This document shows, piece by piece, positions 10,099 to 20,809 of a stretch of 64,000 nt of DNA. The translations under genes and the position numbers were made by a program. The DNA lies in NCBI GenBank assembly GCA_963771465.1, contig CAVYTU010000006.1, positions 64,001 to 128,000 of the forward strand. The letters run 5' to 3'. Under the pieces are notes generated by a model. The model saw only the letters and a program-made list of their open reading frames with translations, did no database searches and was not told the DNA's origin. Numbering within the stretch: the first letter of the stretch is position 1; every line of letters begins with the position of its first letter. This DNA is from an uncultured delta proteobacterium (GTDB lineage Bacteria; Desulfobacterota; Binatia; UBA9968).

Positions 10099-11145
10099 TT
10101 ACTTGCGCGTGATTTCCTTGAGCAGCTTGTGCCAGCTGTCCAAGGCTTGCTCGTACTGCTCGAGGGTGCCGCCTTTTTCGGGATACCAGCGCTTGAAGCC
10201 ATAGTCTTTCTGCGCGCTGCCGAAAAATAAATCTTCATAGAGCTTCTGGCCATCGGGGCTCAAGAGAAAATCGACAAAGAGAATTGCGGCGTGGGGCCGC
10301 GGCGCGTTGACGTATACCGCTGCGCCGCCGGAGCTGGCGGGCACTAAATCCATCGGCGCCCAGGCCAACGGCGCGCCGCGTTTGGCGGCGACGTGGGTCG
10401 CGCTGTAGAACTGGCTCGGCGAAGCATAGATTTCACCGGCGGCCACCAGTTGGGTCAGCGCGCTGCCGGCCATCATATGAATGCGCATGTTCTGGTCTCT
10501 CAGGCGCTTTGCGAATCCGTCACCCTTGGCTTTGATCATCGCGCCGATGATGCGCGCGCCGGTGTCTTCGCCCGCGATACCCATGTTGTCTTTGAGCGCC
10601 GGCCGCAACAGCCCGTCGAAGTTTTTCGCCACATCGGCGCCTTTTATGAAGCGCGTGTTATAAGCGAAGCCGACATACGACTCGCGCGCGGTGACCCAGT
10701 AAACCAGGTTTCTCGGCGCTTTCTCCTTGGCGTCATCGGGGAACGTGGCGAGATAAGGCGACGCGTAAGGCAGCAGCAGTTGGCTATCGCGGAAGGTCAT
10801 CAAGCCCGGTGGAGTCGTTTCGATCGCATCGGCAATGTGACGGCGCGCTTTGGCCTCGGTGAGCAGCCGTTGGGCCAAAGCGCTCGATCCGGTGCGATAA
10901 GTTTCGACGCTCACGCCGGGATATTTTTTCTCGAAGGCGTTGGCGATCTGTTTGTTTTGCTCGGCCGCGAGCGTGGTGTACCAAACCAGTTTGCCCTCGC
11001 GCTTGGCGCCGTCGAACAAAATCCGTTCGCGGTCTGCGCCGCTGTGAGCCGCTAATTCGGCAGGCGACAATGTCTTGGCGCTTTGGCTCCACGCGGTTGC
11101 GGTGCCAAACTGGAGAACGATTAGGACGATGATTGAAAGTTTCAT
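10099..11145 (-). CDS. Extracellular solute-binding protein (AfuA/FbpA-like)
   Basis: Signal peptide; GAKREGKLVWY, AYNT, APRPHAAILFVDFLLSPDGQ. Confidence 0.9.
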   Translation of the reverse strand: MKLSIIVLIVLQFGTATAWSQSAKTLSPAELAAHSGADRERILFDGAKREGKLVWYTTLAAEQNKQIANAFEKKYPGVSVETYRTGSSALAQRLLTEAKARRHIADAIETTPPGLMTFRDSQLLLPYASPYLATFPDDAKEKAPRNLVYWVTARESYVGFAYNTRFIKGADVAKNFDGLLRPALKDNMGIAGEDTGARIIGAMIKAKGDGFAKRLRDQNMRIHMMAGSALTQLVAAGEIYASPSQFYSATHVAAKRGAPLAWAPMDLVPASSGGAAVYVNAPRPHAAILFVDFLLSPDGQKLYEDLFFGSAQKDYGFKRWYPEKGGTLEQYEQALDSWHKLLKEITRK

Positions 11146-11268
11146 GTCGTGGCCAGACTAGTAAAAATTATTTTCGCGCGCAACGCGATGCGCATCATCA
11201 GCTGGATCGATTTCTCTATCAGTCAAAAGGGCCGGCGGCCGGCGACGCTTTTTGAACTGGTTAGTTGG

Positions 11269-11298
11269 TTGACAGCGGCGCATGGGACTCTGTAAGCT
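11269..11298 (+). promoter_or_regulatory. Putative sigma70 promoter
   Basis: TTGACA-18 bp-TAAGCT, about 35 bp ahead of ATG 11335 with an AGGAGG RBS. Confidence 0.5.
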
Positions 11299-11334
11299 CG
11301 ACAAAATTGCCGGTAACCCCAAGGAGGCTGATTC

Positions 11335-13050
11335 ATGGCTTACGATATCTTGATCAAAGGCGGGCGGATTTATGACGGCAGCGGTTTGCCGTCCTATCTC
11401 GGAGACGTCGCGGTGCAGGATGGCAAGATCGTCGAGACCGGACGGATCAGCGGCAGCGCAAAACGCGTTGTCAATGCCGACGGCTTGGCTGTGTCGCCCG
11501 GCTTTATCGATTTCCACACCCACCTCGATGCGCAATTGCTTTGGGACCCGCTGGCTACTTCTTCCTGCTATCACGGCGTGACTACCGTGATCCCCGGCAA
11601 CTGCGGCTTGTCGTTGGCGCCATGTAAGGAACCGGATCGCGATACCATCCTCAGAAGCTTTGAGCGCGTCGAGGCGATCACATTTCCCGCGTTGAAGGCC
11701 GGGGTGAAGTGGGGGTTTACCACCTTTGGGCAGTATCTCGACGCCATGCGCGGCAATCTCGGCGTCAACGTCGCATCGTTGGTGGGCCACTGCGCGTTGC
11801 GCCAGTTCGTCATGGGCGAAGCTTCCCTCGAGCGCGCGGCGACGCCGGCGGAAATCCAGCAGATGAAAGAAGTGCTCAAAGCCAGCGTACGCGCGGGCGC
11901 CGCCGGCTTCTCGACCAATCAGAATCCCGTCCATATGTATGCCAACGGCACGCCGATCCAAAGCCGCTTCGCCACCGACGAAGAAATCGTCGAATTGGCC
12001 TGCGCGTTGGGCGAGATAAATCAGGGCGCGGTGCAGATCTCGCGCGGTTCGCTCGGCGTCTCGGTGCCGATCCCGCCGAGCCTGAAGCTTTTCGAAGAGA
12101 TTTCCTCGCGCTCTGGCAGGCCGGTGATCTGGCAAAGCATCGCCCATCGCTGGGAGAGGCCCAACGAATGGCGCATGCTATTAGACCTGGCGAAAGAAAC
12201 CATCGACCGCGGCGTGCAATCTTATCCGCTGTGCAACGCCCGGCTGTTCAACAACCGATTGACCATGAAAACTGCCCAGGTGTTCGACGATCTGCCGACC
12301 TGGAAGACGATTCTATTTCTACCTATCGAAGAGCGCATCAAGGCGATCCAAGACCCCGAAACGCGAAAAAAGATGCGCTTTGAAGCGGTGGAAGATAAAA
12401 AGTTGTCGCGTTTTTCGCGGCGCTGGGATCTGGTCTATTTAATCAACGCCGTCAAACCGGAGAATAAGTATCTGGAGAAGAAGAGCGTGGCGGAGATCGC
12501 CAAGATTCGTAACCAAGACGTCATCGACGCTTTTCTCGATCTATCGTTGGAGGAAGGACTAGACACCGAGTTCCAAACTTCCAGCAACAATGGCGATGAA
12601 GACGCGGTGGCGGAAATCATTCGCAGCCCCTATGTGCTGGTCGGCCAATCGGACGCCGGCGCCCATCTGATCTACGACGCGGGCTTCGGCTACGCGACGC
12701 GGTTGCTCGGCTACTGGGTGCGCGAGAAGCAAATCATGAGCTTGGAAGAAGGCGTGCGCAAGCTCACCTTCATGGTCGCGTCGATCTTCGGCCTGCGTGA
12801 CCGCGGCCTGTTGCGACCGGGTTTGGCCGCGGACTTGTGTGTCTTCGATCCGTCAACGATCCGCGAGTGTGACGCGGAGATGGTGCAGGACTTGCCCGGC
12901 AATGAAAAACGCTTCATTCAGAAAGCGGTCGGTATCGAGATGACGATCGTCAATGGTCAAGTGTTGGTGGAAAAAGAAAATCATACTGGCGCGCTGCCGG
13001 GAACGGTGCTTGGTGGGGGAAACGGCAATGCGCTGCAGGCTGCGGCATAA
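11335..13050 (+). CDS. N-acyl-D-amino-acid deacylase-like amidohydrolase
   Basis: YDILIKGGRIYDGSG, PGFIDFHTH, GNCG, SDAGAH, RGLLRPG. Confidence 0.9.
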   Translation: MAYDILIKGGRIYDGSGLPSYLGDVAVQDGKIVETGRISGSAKRVVNADGLAVSPGFIDFHTHLDAQLLWDPLATSSCYHGVTTVIPGNCGLSLAPCKEPDRDTILRSFERVEAITFPALKAGVKWGFTTFGQYLDAMRGNLGVNVASLVGHCALRQFVMGEASLERAATPAEIQQMKEVLKASVRAGAAGFSTNQNPVHMYANGTPIQSRFATDEEIVELACALGEINQGAVQISRGSLGVSVPIPPSLKLFEEISSRSGRPVIWQSIAHRWERPNEWRMLLDLAKETIDRGVQSYPLCNARLFNNRLTMKTAQVFDDLPTWKTILFLPIEERIKAIQDPETRKKMRFEAVEDKKLSRFSRRWDLVYLINAVKPENKYLEKKSVAEIAKIRNQDVIDAFLDLSLEEGLDTEFQTSSNNGDEDAVAEIIRSPYVLVGQSDAGAHLIYDAGFGYATRLLGYWVREKQIMSLEEGVRKLTFMVASIFGLRDRGLLRPGLAADLCVFDPSTIRECDAEMVQDLPGNEKRFIQKAVGIEMTIVNGQVLVEKENHTGALPGTVLGGGNGNALQAAA

Positions 13051-13103
13051 GAAGAAAAGAATTAGCTCAAAGAATACAAAGGGCACTAAAATAATTCGGG
13101 CTT

Positions 13104-13128
13104 GTAGGGGCGGGTTGAAACCCGCCCT
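13104..13128 (+). repeat. GTAG-type REP-like hairpin
   Basis: GTAG followed by the palindrome GGGCGGGT-TGAA-ACCCGCCC. Confidence 0.6.
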
Positions 13129-13182
13129 TCGAGTTTCAAGATGTAATAGAGTTTCATGATTTCTAGATAATGGGAGGTTAGG

Positions 13183-13965
13183 ATGGCTGATAAAGGAAAA
13201 ATTGTAACTGGACTCGGTAAAGCGGAAGAACGCCGCATCCTGGTGCGAGGTCATGATTTGCTCGAGGAGTTGCTGGGTAAAATTACTTTTACGGAGATGA
13301 CATGGTTGATGCTTGTGGGTAAGATGCCGACGCCACAGCAAGCGCGCATGATCGACGCTCTGTTGAATATCCTGGTAGAGCACGGGATGGTCAGCAGTGT
13401 GGTAGCGGCACGCCTGACCTATCACACGGCCCCCGAAGCGCTTCAAGGCGCGGTCGTGGCATCGCTTCAAGGCGCAGGTAGCGTGCATCTCGGCTCCTCG
13501 GAGTACGCCGCGAAATGGATGGTGGATGCTCTCAAGAAGAATAAGGCAGACGGTGATCTGGATGCGATTGCCGCAGAAGTCGTCGCTAATCACGCCAATG
13601 CGAACCGACGCATCGCCGGCATCGGTCACAGAACTCATCCACACGGCGATCCGCGCGCGGTGAAGCTATTTCAAATCGCTAGCGAGACCGGCGTCTATGG
13701 ACGCTACTGCGCACTGATCGAGCGCGTGAGCGTCGCGGCCGAGAAGCAACACAAGCGCGCCTTCCCGCCAAATGTCACTGGGGCGATCGGCGCTATCGCG
13801 TTGGACATGGGTATTCCCTGGCAATTGACAAAGGGCTTTGCGCTAATTGGCCGGACCTTGGGGACCATTGCACATATCGGTGAAGAGATCCGTAATCCCA
13901 TGGCGGAGAATATCAACAAGGCGATCAAAGACGCCCTGGTTTATGAAGCCGAGAGCGAAAACTGA
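13183..13965 (+). CDS. Citryl-CoA lyase / citrate-synthase-like protein
   Basis: VRGHDLLEELLG, EHG, GIGHRTH, DPRA, IAHIGEE. Confidence 0.85.
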   Translation: MADKGKIVTGLGKAEERRILVRGHDLLEELLGKITFTEMTWLMLVGKMPTPQQARMIDALLNILVEHGMVSSVVAARLTYHTAPEALQGAVVASLQGAGSVHLGSSEYAAKWMVDALKKNKADGDLDAIAAEVVANHANANRRIAGIGHRTHPHGDPRAVKLFQIASETGVYGRYCALIERVSVAAEKQHKRAFPPNVTGAIGAIALDMGIPWQLTKGFALIGRTLGTIAHIGEEIRNPMAENINKAIKDALVYEAESEN

Positions 13966-14111
13966 ATCGAATTTTTGTAGAGAATAACACTGGGTGAGAA
14001 GCGCCGGACCGCGCCGGTTGTTCATGTATCCGGAACCGGTCTTATTCCAGGTGGGCGCAGGCGGCGCGCTGCTCCAAGTGCTCTCCGGACCACTCGCCGC
14101 ATCAACTAATA

Positions 14112-14137
14112 GGCGTGTGCCTCGCGAAGCACACGCC
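14112..14137. terminator. GC hairpin between convergent genes
   Basis: GGCGTGTGC-8 nt-GCACACGCC perfect 9-bp stem; no clear U-tract. Confidence 0.45.
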
Positions 14138-14146
14138 GCCAACGTG

Positions 14147-15319
14147 CTACAACCCGAGCTGATATAACTTATTGGTATTTTCCCGTGCTAGCTTCCTCTT
14201 GACCGCTGGATCGATCCCTTCAAAGTTTCGGTCCACGGTATCGCGCGAGTAGGGAAAGGTGGTAACCCCGTGGGGATAATCACTAGCCCAAAGAAAGTTG
14301 TCGGTTCCGTAAACCGGTGTTGTTAGCACGCCGGCTCGGTCGTCCTGATAGGTAAAAAAAACATTGCGCTTGAAATATTCGCTCGGTGGCAATTTGTTTA
14401 CATTCAGATCCGCGTCAAAAGTGCTTTCCCGGCCAAACCAATAATCTATTTGCTGCACTAGATTGGCGACCCAGCCGACGTCAAACTCAGCGCATACGAC
14501 TTTGAGCTTGGGATGGCGGTCGAACACTCCGGAGAAGATGACATTGCCCAGGAATTGCTGACTCGGCAACTGCCGGTTACCGACACCGGCAATCTGCTTC
14601 CACGGTGCTACTTGTCGCGGCCCCTCGAAATGCGTGCGCGCTTCGCCCTGGGTCGAGGTGGTATGAACGTTGATCACCAACCCGGTCTCCTCTGCGGCAG
14701 CCCAGATGGGCTCGTATTGGGGCTCATAAAACCCACTGTCTTTGATCCTTGTGGGAATTTGCACTCCCTTGAATCCCAATTTCGCGTAGTGAAAAATATC
14801 CTCCACGGTATGCTGCGGATCTATGATCGAGAGCAACGCCAAACCGACGAGCCTTTTCGGGTTGTGACGGCAAAATTCATGGAGCCAATCATTGTAGGAG
14901 TGAAAGATAGCTCGTTGATAAGGTTCGTCGGTTATGCCGTAAAAGAAACGGGCCGGGCTGGCAAACAAAATTTCCGCTTCGATTCCATCTTCATCCTGAT
15001 CCTTCAACCGGGCAGCGGGGTCCCATCCGCCGGGAAAATCTTCATAGCGGAAATTCTCATTGAAGCGGATCGATTCGAAGTGCTTCTTTTGTTCTACCTC
15101 TGAGATCCCTTTATTTTTACCGACGGCCAATCCTTCGGAGTAGTGAGAACAACCGATGGGTGGCAGCCCGTCGACGATCAGCCATGTGCCTTTGGGCACT
15201 CCCGGCGGGTCTTTGACCACTTTGGGTGCTCGGTCGCCGTACTTTTTCTGAACTCTTTCCCACGCTGCCGGCGGTTCGTTCACATGACTGTCCGCGGATA
15301 TCAACGAAAAATTTGGCAT
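14147..15319 (-). CDS. Amidohydrolase family protein (amidohydro_2)
   Basis: ISADSHVNEP, GGWDPAARLKDQD, FSGVFDRHPKL, WASDYPH. Confidence 0.9.
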   Translation of the reverse strand: MPNFSLISADSHVNEPPAAWERVQKKYGDRAPKVVKDPPGVPKGTWLIVDGLPPIGCSHYSEGLAVGKNKGISEVEQKKHFESIRFNENFRYEDFPGGWDPAARLKDQDEDGIEAEILFASPARFFYGITDEPYQRAIFHSYNDWLHEFCRHNPKRLVGLALLSIIDPQHTVEDIFHYAKLGFKGVQIPTRIKDSGFYEPQYEPIWAAAEETGLVINVHTTSTQGEARTHFEGPRQVAPWKQIAGVGNRQLPSQQFLGNVIFSGVFDRHPKLKVVCAEFDVGWVANLVQQIDYWFGRESTFDADLNVNKLPPSEYFKRNVFFTYQDDRAGVLTTPVYGTDNFLWASDYPHGVTTFPYSRDTVDRNFEGIDPAVKRKLARENTNKLYQLGL

Positions 15320-15746
15320 GGCTCGTTGGACCTCCTGCGACTAAGCTTCAAAAATTGCCGTTGTCATTGCTCAACCAACGTTGATGCTGATTTCCTGCAA
15401 CTCTCTTGGATTAAACTCGCATACAGGGACAGCACTCTGCAAGAACTTGGGTGTGGTGGCTTGTTCCTTTGTGCCGTTTGCCGAACCCTTGTCGGAGCAC
15501 TCTAAGGTGTCGAATACGGATCGTCAGGAGTGGCCCGCGTATGCTTAGAGTTCTCTTGTATCGCAGCTAGCGTTACTAGCTTTGGTTCTGTCGAGGCGAC
15601 TCTGCCTTGACAGCTTTACTAAGGTGGTGGTACGTCGTCCAATAACGCTTTGATCAGGAGCCCTCCCATAGTCCATGCTCAAAGTAAGATGCCGGGCTCT
15701 AACAAGTTTTAACCGGCGCATCGCTGCAATAAAGAAAAAAATCACA

Positions 15747-17112
15747 ATGACACCACCACCCGTTACAAGCCGCTTTGCCGCATTCGTCGCCGAAACCGAC
15801 TACTCATCTATTTCCCGCAAGGCGATCGAAAATGCCAAGCTTCACATCCTCGACACTTTGGGCGTCGCCCTTGCCGGATACGAACATCCGGTAGCCAATA
15901 TCGTCCTGGATTACTGCAAATCTATGGGCGGGACGCCTGACGTTACCATCGTTGGATCGAGCCAGAAAACTTCGGTTCCCATGGGCGCCTTTGCCAATGG
16001 ACTCTTGGCTCACGCCATCGACTATGATGACTGGGACGCTGTAGCGCGCGTAGGTCATCCAAGCTGCATGATCGTGGCATCCTCACTCTCAATTGGCGAG
16101 GCCAATGGCGCTTCAGGGAAAGACTTCTTGAGGGGCATACGTAGTCGGGATTGAAATCGCCACCCAGATTGCAGCCGCTTGCCCAGATATTATCAAGAGA
16201 GGATTTCATAGCACGCCGATTTACGGCAGCATGGGCTCGGCGGCGGCAGCCGCGAGCATTTTGAGACTCAAGGCAGATCAGGTTAGGGCAGCGTTCGGCA
16301 TCGCTGCCTCTGCGGCCGGCGGCCTCTTTCGTCAGCAAGGCTCAATGGTAAAGCCGTTTCACGCCGGCAACGGGGCGCGCAATGGAGTAGAGGCCGCGCT
16401 CCTGGCGGCAAGAGGTTTTACCGCAGATGAGGCTATCATCGAAAACCCTATCGGCTTTTGCGATACGTTTTTCTTCGGCAACAACACCTGCGACTACGAA
16501 AAAATGCTCGAAGGATTGGGCAACCCGTTCTACGTGGACTCGCCCGGTCTCTCGTTCAAACTCTATCCGTGCAGTGCGCCGCAGTTCCTTGCCGCTGACG
16601 CCACGCTTCATTTAGTGCGCGAGCACAATATCCGTTTTACAGACGTAAAGAGCGTCGAGCTTCGCTTGAACCCGGCGCGCTACAAGCAGCACTATCGCCC
16701 AACGGTGCAGTCTGGCTTGCAAGGCAAATTTACCACCAACTACGTTTGCGCCCTTGCCGTGCTGAACGGGTGGCTTGACAGAGCATGTTTTACTGATGCT
16801 AAGGTGCGCGAGCCTGAGGTCCTGGAAGCGATGAACAAGGTCAACGTCATCATGGACCAGACGATTCCGGAGCGGGGGGAATACTGTCCGGTTACAATCG
16901 AACGAACTGACGGAAGCAAGGTTCAATACACCGCGACGATTCAAAAGGGGCACGCCAAGAATCCGCTCACTGAAGATGAGGTCCTGGAAAAATTCCGCAG
17001 TAACGTCACTGTCAGAATTTCAAAAGACCAGGGCGAAAAAATAATTGCTTGCGTTCGTACTCTTGAAACCCTGGGCAACGTTCGAGAACTGACGAAACTC
17101 CTGGCCGCTTAA
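15747..17112 (+). CDS. MmgE/PrpD family protein, split by an apparent +1 frameshift in the G run at 16132-16135
   Basis: HAIDYDD...GHP in the first frame; removing one G gives FLRAYVVGIEI...GFH...MVKPFHAG...KLYPC in the second frame. Confidence 0.85.
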
Positions 17113-17170
17113 TTTGCTGGCCACATTACGCAGCGGCGCGGACACTCGCAAGGGTCGTTCATGAGCGCGC

Positions 17171-17950
17171 TTATCGCTGCGCCCGGTTCGATACCGCCTC
17201 GGGGCTGAGTCCCGGTGCCCAGGGATAAGCTAGTTGGCTGTGCACGGTCTTGCTGCTGACCATAAGCTCGGCAAATCGTATTCCGACCGCCTGCGTATTG
17301 ATCACCGGCACGCCAACTTCCCGCTCTACCTCGTCAGGCGCAACTGCTTCCGGGATCAGCCGTGTTGCCAGTGGCACAAGCGCCTGTGCGCCGCCGGCGA
17401 TCAATTCACGCGCAACCGTTATCGTGCGCTGCAATATGGCGTCGTGATATTGGCTGAGATCGCCGACTTCAAAGAGGTCGATCACCTTAATTGCCGTGAC
17501 AAAGTGCTCCATGCGGTAGGTTTCAACCATGCGCCATACGTAGGGTATATAACTCGCGATGGGAACGGTGATCGCAAAGCGCTCGCAAAGAGTCGCCGTA
17601 AAACTACATGTAGCGCGCAGTAACCCAACGACAGGGATGCGCACCGCCAAACGAGCCGCCTCCACTCCCGGGTCGAAGGCGTCAATCTGCACGACTGCGT
17701 CAAACCCGGCGCGTTCTGCTTCGATAATCTTCTTGACCAAAGCCGGCGTCCCCAAAATGTGGTGCAAGCCAGATAGGCTCTTAGTCTTTCTGAGGTGGTG
17801 CAGCACCTCTCCGCCGCCGAGATCTTCAGGATAATCGCTCTCTATAATGGTTTCCGGCGAAGCATAGCTGCGCAGCCTTTCTAAACGACGGCGTTCAAGA
17901 TCAGCGTCGATATCCCGCACAAACGTGTGATTCAATGCCATGATGCGCAT
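17171..17950 (-). CDS. Asp/Glu/hydantoin racemase family protein (catalytic Cys motifs absent)
   Basis: AERAGFDAVV..FDPGVEAARLAVRIPVVG and GVPVIN match the hydantoin racemase fold. Confidence 0.8.
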   Translation of the reverse strand: MRIMALNHTFVRDIDADLERRRLERLRSYASPETIIESDYPEDLGGGEVLHHLRKTKSLSGLHHILGTPALVKKIIEAERAGFDAVVQIDAFDPGVEAARLAVRIPVVGLLRATCSFTATLCERFAITVPIASYIPYVWRMVETYRMEHFVTAIKVIDLFEVGDLSQYHDAILQRTITVARELIAGGAQALVPLATRLIPEAVAPDEVEREVGVPVINTQAVGIRFAELMVSSKTVHSQLAYPWAPGLSPEAVSNRAQR

Positions 17951-18037
17951 GCAAAATTCTCCTTTTCACATTGACCAATCATCGCCGCTGCCGCACTGAT
18001 AATCTTGCAGGGGCAGCCAATGATCGGCGCGTGTCGT

Positions 18038-19156
18038 CTATTGTTTTTCCGCGCGCGGAAAGCCAAATGCTCCAATTATTTCTTCTTCATACTTGCCCAT
18101 TTTAGGGTAATGCTCCCACGCAAGCACGGAGACTTGTTTGCCCTTGGTCAGCTGCTCATGCACGGAACCCGGACTGTAAATCGACGCGGCTAAGTCAACG
18201 TCGTCGAGAATTTTCTGACCTTCAGGACTGGCCTGAAACTCCAACCATAAAAGGCCGGCATAAGGATTGGCCGCGGTATTCAGAACCGCTTCCGCCTCGG
18301 TTAGGCGCGCAGGTATTGGTTCCACGACTTTATAGTCCAACTTTTTGAGGGTGTCTTTGGCTTGGATCAACTTAAACGACTTGTAGTTTGGCCCATATAA
18401 GAGTCCCAATTCACCGGCAATCATGGAAATTAGCAGGCGTTGCTCGCCGCGGAACCAGATTGGTTGTTGAGCTGCTAGTTTGCGAGCATAGGCAACGGTT
18501 TTTTCCAGTCCCCAAAGCGGAACCAGCGCCGCGAGCGTTTTTGGGCGGACATCCAGCGCGAACTTTCTTCCGTTGAACTCCGGTTTTAGAAAATCTTCCC
18601 AGGTGTCCGGAACTTTTGCCGCCGAGATAAGGTCCTTCTGATAGGCAACAACCTGCATGTTGCTCTGGATCGCGACCACGTGGCGGTTGACCGGGTCGAT
18701 AAGTTTAGGCTCTATTCGCAGGACTCCGTGCTCCGCCATTCCCAAAATATCGAATTTCTTCTGGAACGGAAGAAATTCGCCGTAAAAGTCGAACGCGAGA
18801 TAATTGACGTCCCAGGTCTTCGCCATGCCGGCTTTCATTTCCTGCAGCATGCGCTGATAGTTTTCCATGCCGATCAATTCCTGGGCTTGCACGTCGATGA
18901 AAGGATATTTTTGCTTGAAAGCGGTGGCCATAGCTTTGATCGCCGGGGGTTCCTGAGAAGCGAACACGCGTAGCTTTCCCTCCTTTTTTGCGAGCGCGAC
19001 GATCTCGTCGCGGCTGGTATGAAACAGGTAGCCCTTGGCTTCGGCTCCCTGCTTTGCTTTCAAAAGGCTCGCGCTCGGTGCTGCTGCAAGTGCGCCAAAA
19101 CTTTCTACCGACAAATTAATAAGAAATGTCGCGACGCAAAGATATCCTGCTTTCAT
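18038..19156 (-). CDS. Extracellular solute-binding protein (AfuA-like, 'AKQEAEAKGY' paralog group)
   Basis: Signal peptide; SLLKAKQGAEAKGY, DILGMAEHGVL, VPDTWEDFLKPEF, FGFP. Confidence 0.88.
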   Translation of the reverse strand: MKAGYLCVATFLINLSVESFGALAAAPSASLLKAKQGAEAKGYLFHTSRDEIVALAKKEGKLRVFASQEPPAIKAMATAFKQKYPFIDVQAQELIGMENYQRMLQEMKAGMAKTWDVNYLAFDFYGEFLPFQKKFDILGMAEHGVLRIEPKLIDPVNRHVVAIQSNMQVVAYQKDLISAAKVPDTWEDFLKPEFNGRKFALDVRPKTLAALVPLWGLEKTVAYARKLAAQQPIWFRGEQRLLISMIAGELGLLYGPNYKSFKLIQAKDTLKKLDYKVVEPIPARLTEAEAVLNTAANPYAGLLWLEFQASPEGQKILDDVDLAASIYSPGSVHEQLTKGKQVSVLAWEHYPKMGKYEEEIIGAFGFPRAEKQ

Positions 19157-19476
19157 ATTGTTCTCCCAGCTATTACTACAGTCCGTCAAAGATTATCTGA
19201 ACGGTTCGAGATATCTGGAGAAAAATCTTAATGGTACCCTCGGCAATCGTTTCAGTGCTCAGACATCAGCATGGTTGCTGCGTATCGCAACCCCCTAGAC
19301 CTGTCAAGTTAAAGTCGACACTACTCGCCAGCAATACGCGGGAACACGAATCTATGGACCGGCTAATAATTGGAAATAGACGTCGCCGGGACACAACGTT
19401 GACGTCACCGTCGCACTTGGATAACGTAGCGAAGTATTTTTCGGCAATGCACATGTGACAGCTTAAGGAGGAGATT

Positions 19477-20544
19477 ATGGCCACGAAGATCAGCAGTGTG
19501 CGCGTGAAGCGGTTCAGTCTGCCGCGGGCCGATCCTGCTTGGAGAACCTCTATCTACGCTGGCACCTCCGTCGAAGGATTCATTCTAGAATTGACAGCCA
19601 ATGGGAACATAGGCATCGGTGGCAGCGCTGCTCATCCCCTGGTCATTTCCGGCGATGACGTCGAAGCGCAACTCAATGGCCCGGTGCGCGATATTCTCAT
19701 GGGAGCTGATGTCTATGACGGCAGTAGTATTCGGCAAGCGCTAAAGACGGCCAAGGTTCACAGTCGCGCATCGATAGCGGCGGACCTCGCCCTTTACGAC
19801 CTCCTCGGCAAGGTTGCTAATGTTCCCGGATATGTGCTGTTAGGCGGGAAGTTCCGACCTCGTATCACCGTCGTACGCATGGTCGGAGTCAAGGCACCGC
19901 CTGAACTCATAGCTACAGTGAAAGATCTGGTGGCTCAGGGTTTAACCCACTTCAAAGTGAAGATCGGCACCGGATTAGACGAGGACGTTGGCCGCATTCG
20001 CGCGCTGCGCGAAGCGTTTGGGGAGAAAATATGGATCGGCGTCGATGGCAACGGCGCCTACCAGGTAGACGAGGCGATTGAACTGTGCAAAGCGCTTAAA
20101 GCGTATCAGGTCGGCCTGATCGAGCAGCCAACTAAAGACAATGATATGGAAGCTTTGATCCGAGTTACAGCAGCAAGCCCAATACCGATAATGGCGGATC
20201 AGTGTGTCGGCGACGTTGCCTCGGCGCTGGACGTGTGCCAACGGCGCGCTGCCCACGTAGTATCGATCAAAGCAACCAAGATGGGATCGCTCGAGGAGTG
20301 CCGTCGAGTTGCCGAGGTGTGTCACGCATTTGGCGTCCATGTTCACTTCGGCGGTTCGGCGGCGCCGGCGGTCGTAGATGTCGCCGCGGCGCATTTGGCA
20401 GCGTCGCTGCCGTCCATTGACGAAGAGTGTGAAGTCGGCGAGTTCCAGGCCTTGCAGGGAGATCCGTTTAGAGGAGCGCTTCTTCACAACGGGCAAATGG
20501 AACTTGGAACCGCGCCGGGTTGGGGTCTGACACTAGCGGAATGA
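19477..20544 (+). CDS. Mandelate racemase/muconate lactonizing enzyme family (enolase superfamily)
   Basis: DLALYDLLGK, FKVKIG, VDGN, IEQP, MADQ, IKATKMG; AAGGAGG RBS. Confidence 0.9.
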   Translation: MATKISSVRVKRFSLPRADPAWRTSIYAGTSVEGFILELTANGNIGIGGSAAHPLVISGDDVEAQLNGPVRDILMGADVYDGSSIRQALKTAKVHSRASIAADLALYDLLGKVANVPGYVLLGGKFRPRITVVRMVGVKAPPELIATVKDLVAQGLTHFKVKIGTGLDEDVGRIRALREAFGEKIWIGVDGNGAYQVDEAIELCKALKAYQVGLIEQPTKDNDMEALIRVTAASPIPIMADQCVGDVASALDVCQRRAAHVVSIKATKMGSLEECRRVAEVCHAFGVHVHFGGSAAPAVVDVAAAHLAASLPSIDEECEVGEFQALQGDPFRGALLHNGQMELGTAPGWGLTLAE

Positions 20545-20809
20545 CTCTGCACCGGAAAGAAGAGAAACTGGACCACGACCTTCACGGTCGATTTTGAAGA
20601 ACTAATTAATACTAGAATCACGAGTGGAGACTTAACCCTTACGCGCGAGAAAATACTCCCGGCTCATTTTATTCCAGTTTTCATCGAGGATCGTCACGAA
20701 AAAAATATCCGGCTAGGAGATCAGCATTCAAAACACGCAAAGTCACTCTATCGAGAGGGCTGCCAACAAATAACAAAATATTAGATATCTCTCCCCGAGG
20801 CCGACCCCT

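Noticed and set aside
11158-12147. Long antisense ORFs (also 37949-38833, 3217-4002, 60228-60962)
   Set aside because: Shadow frames of well-supported genes in GC-rich DNA, with no recognisable motifs.
16120-16145. Programmed frameshift or phase variation in PrpD
   Set aside because: Only a G4 run, no slippery heptamer, and part of a uniform +1 error pattern.
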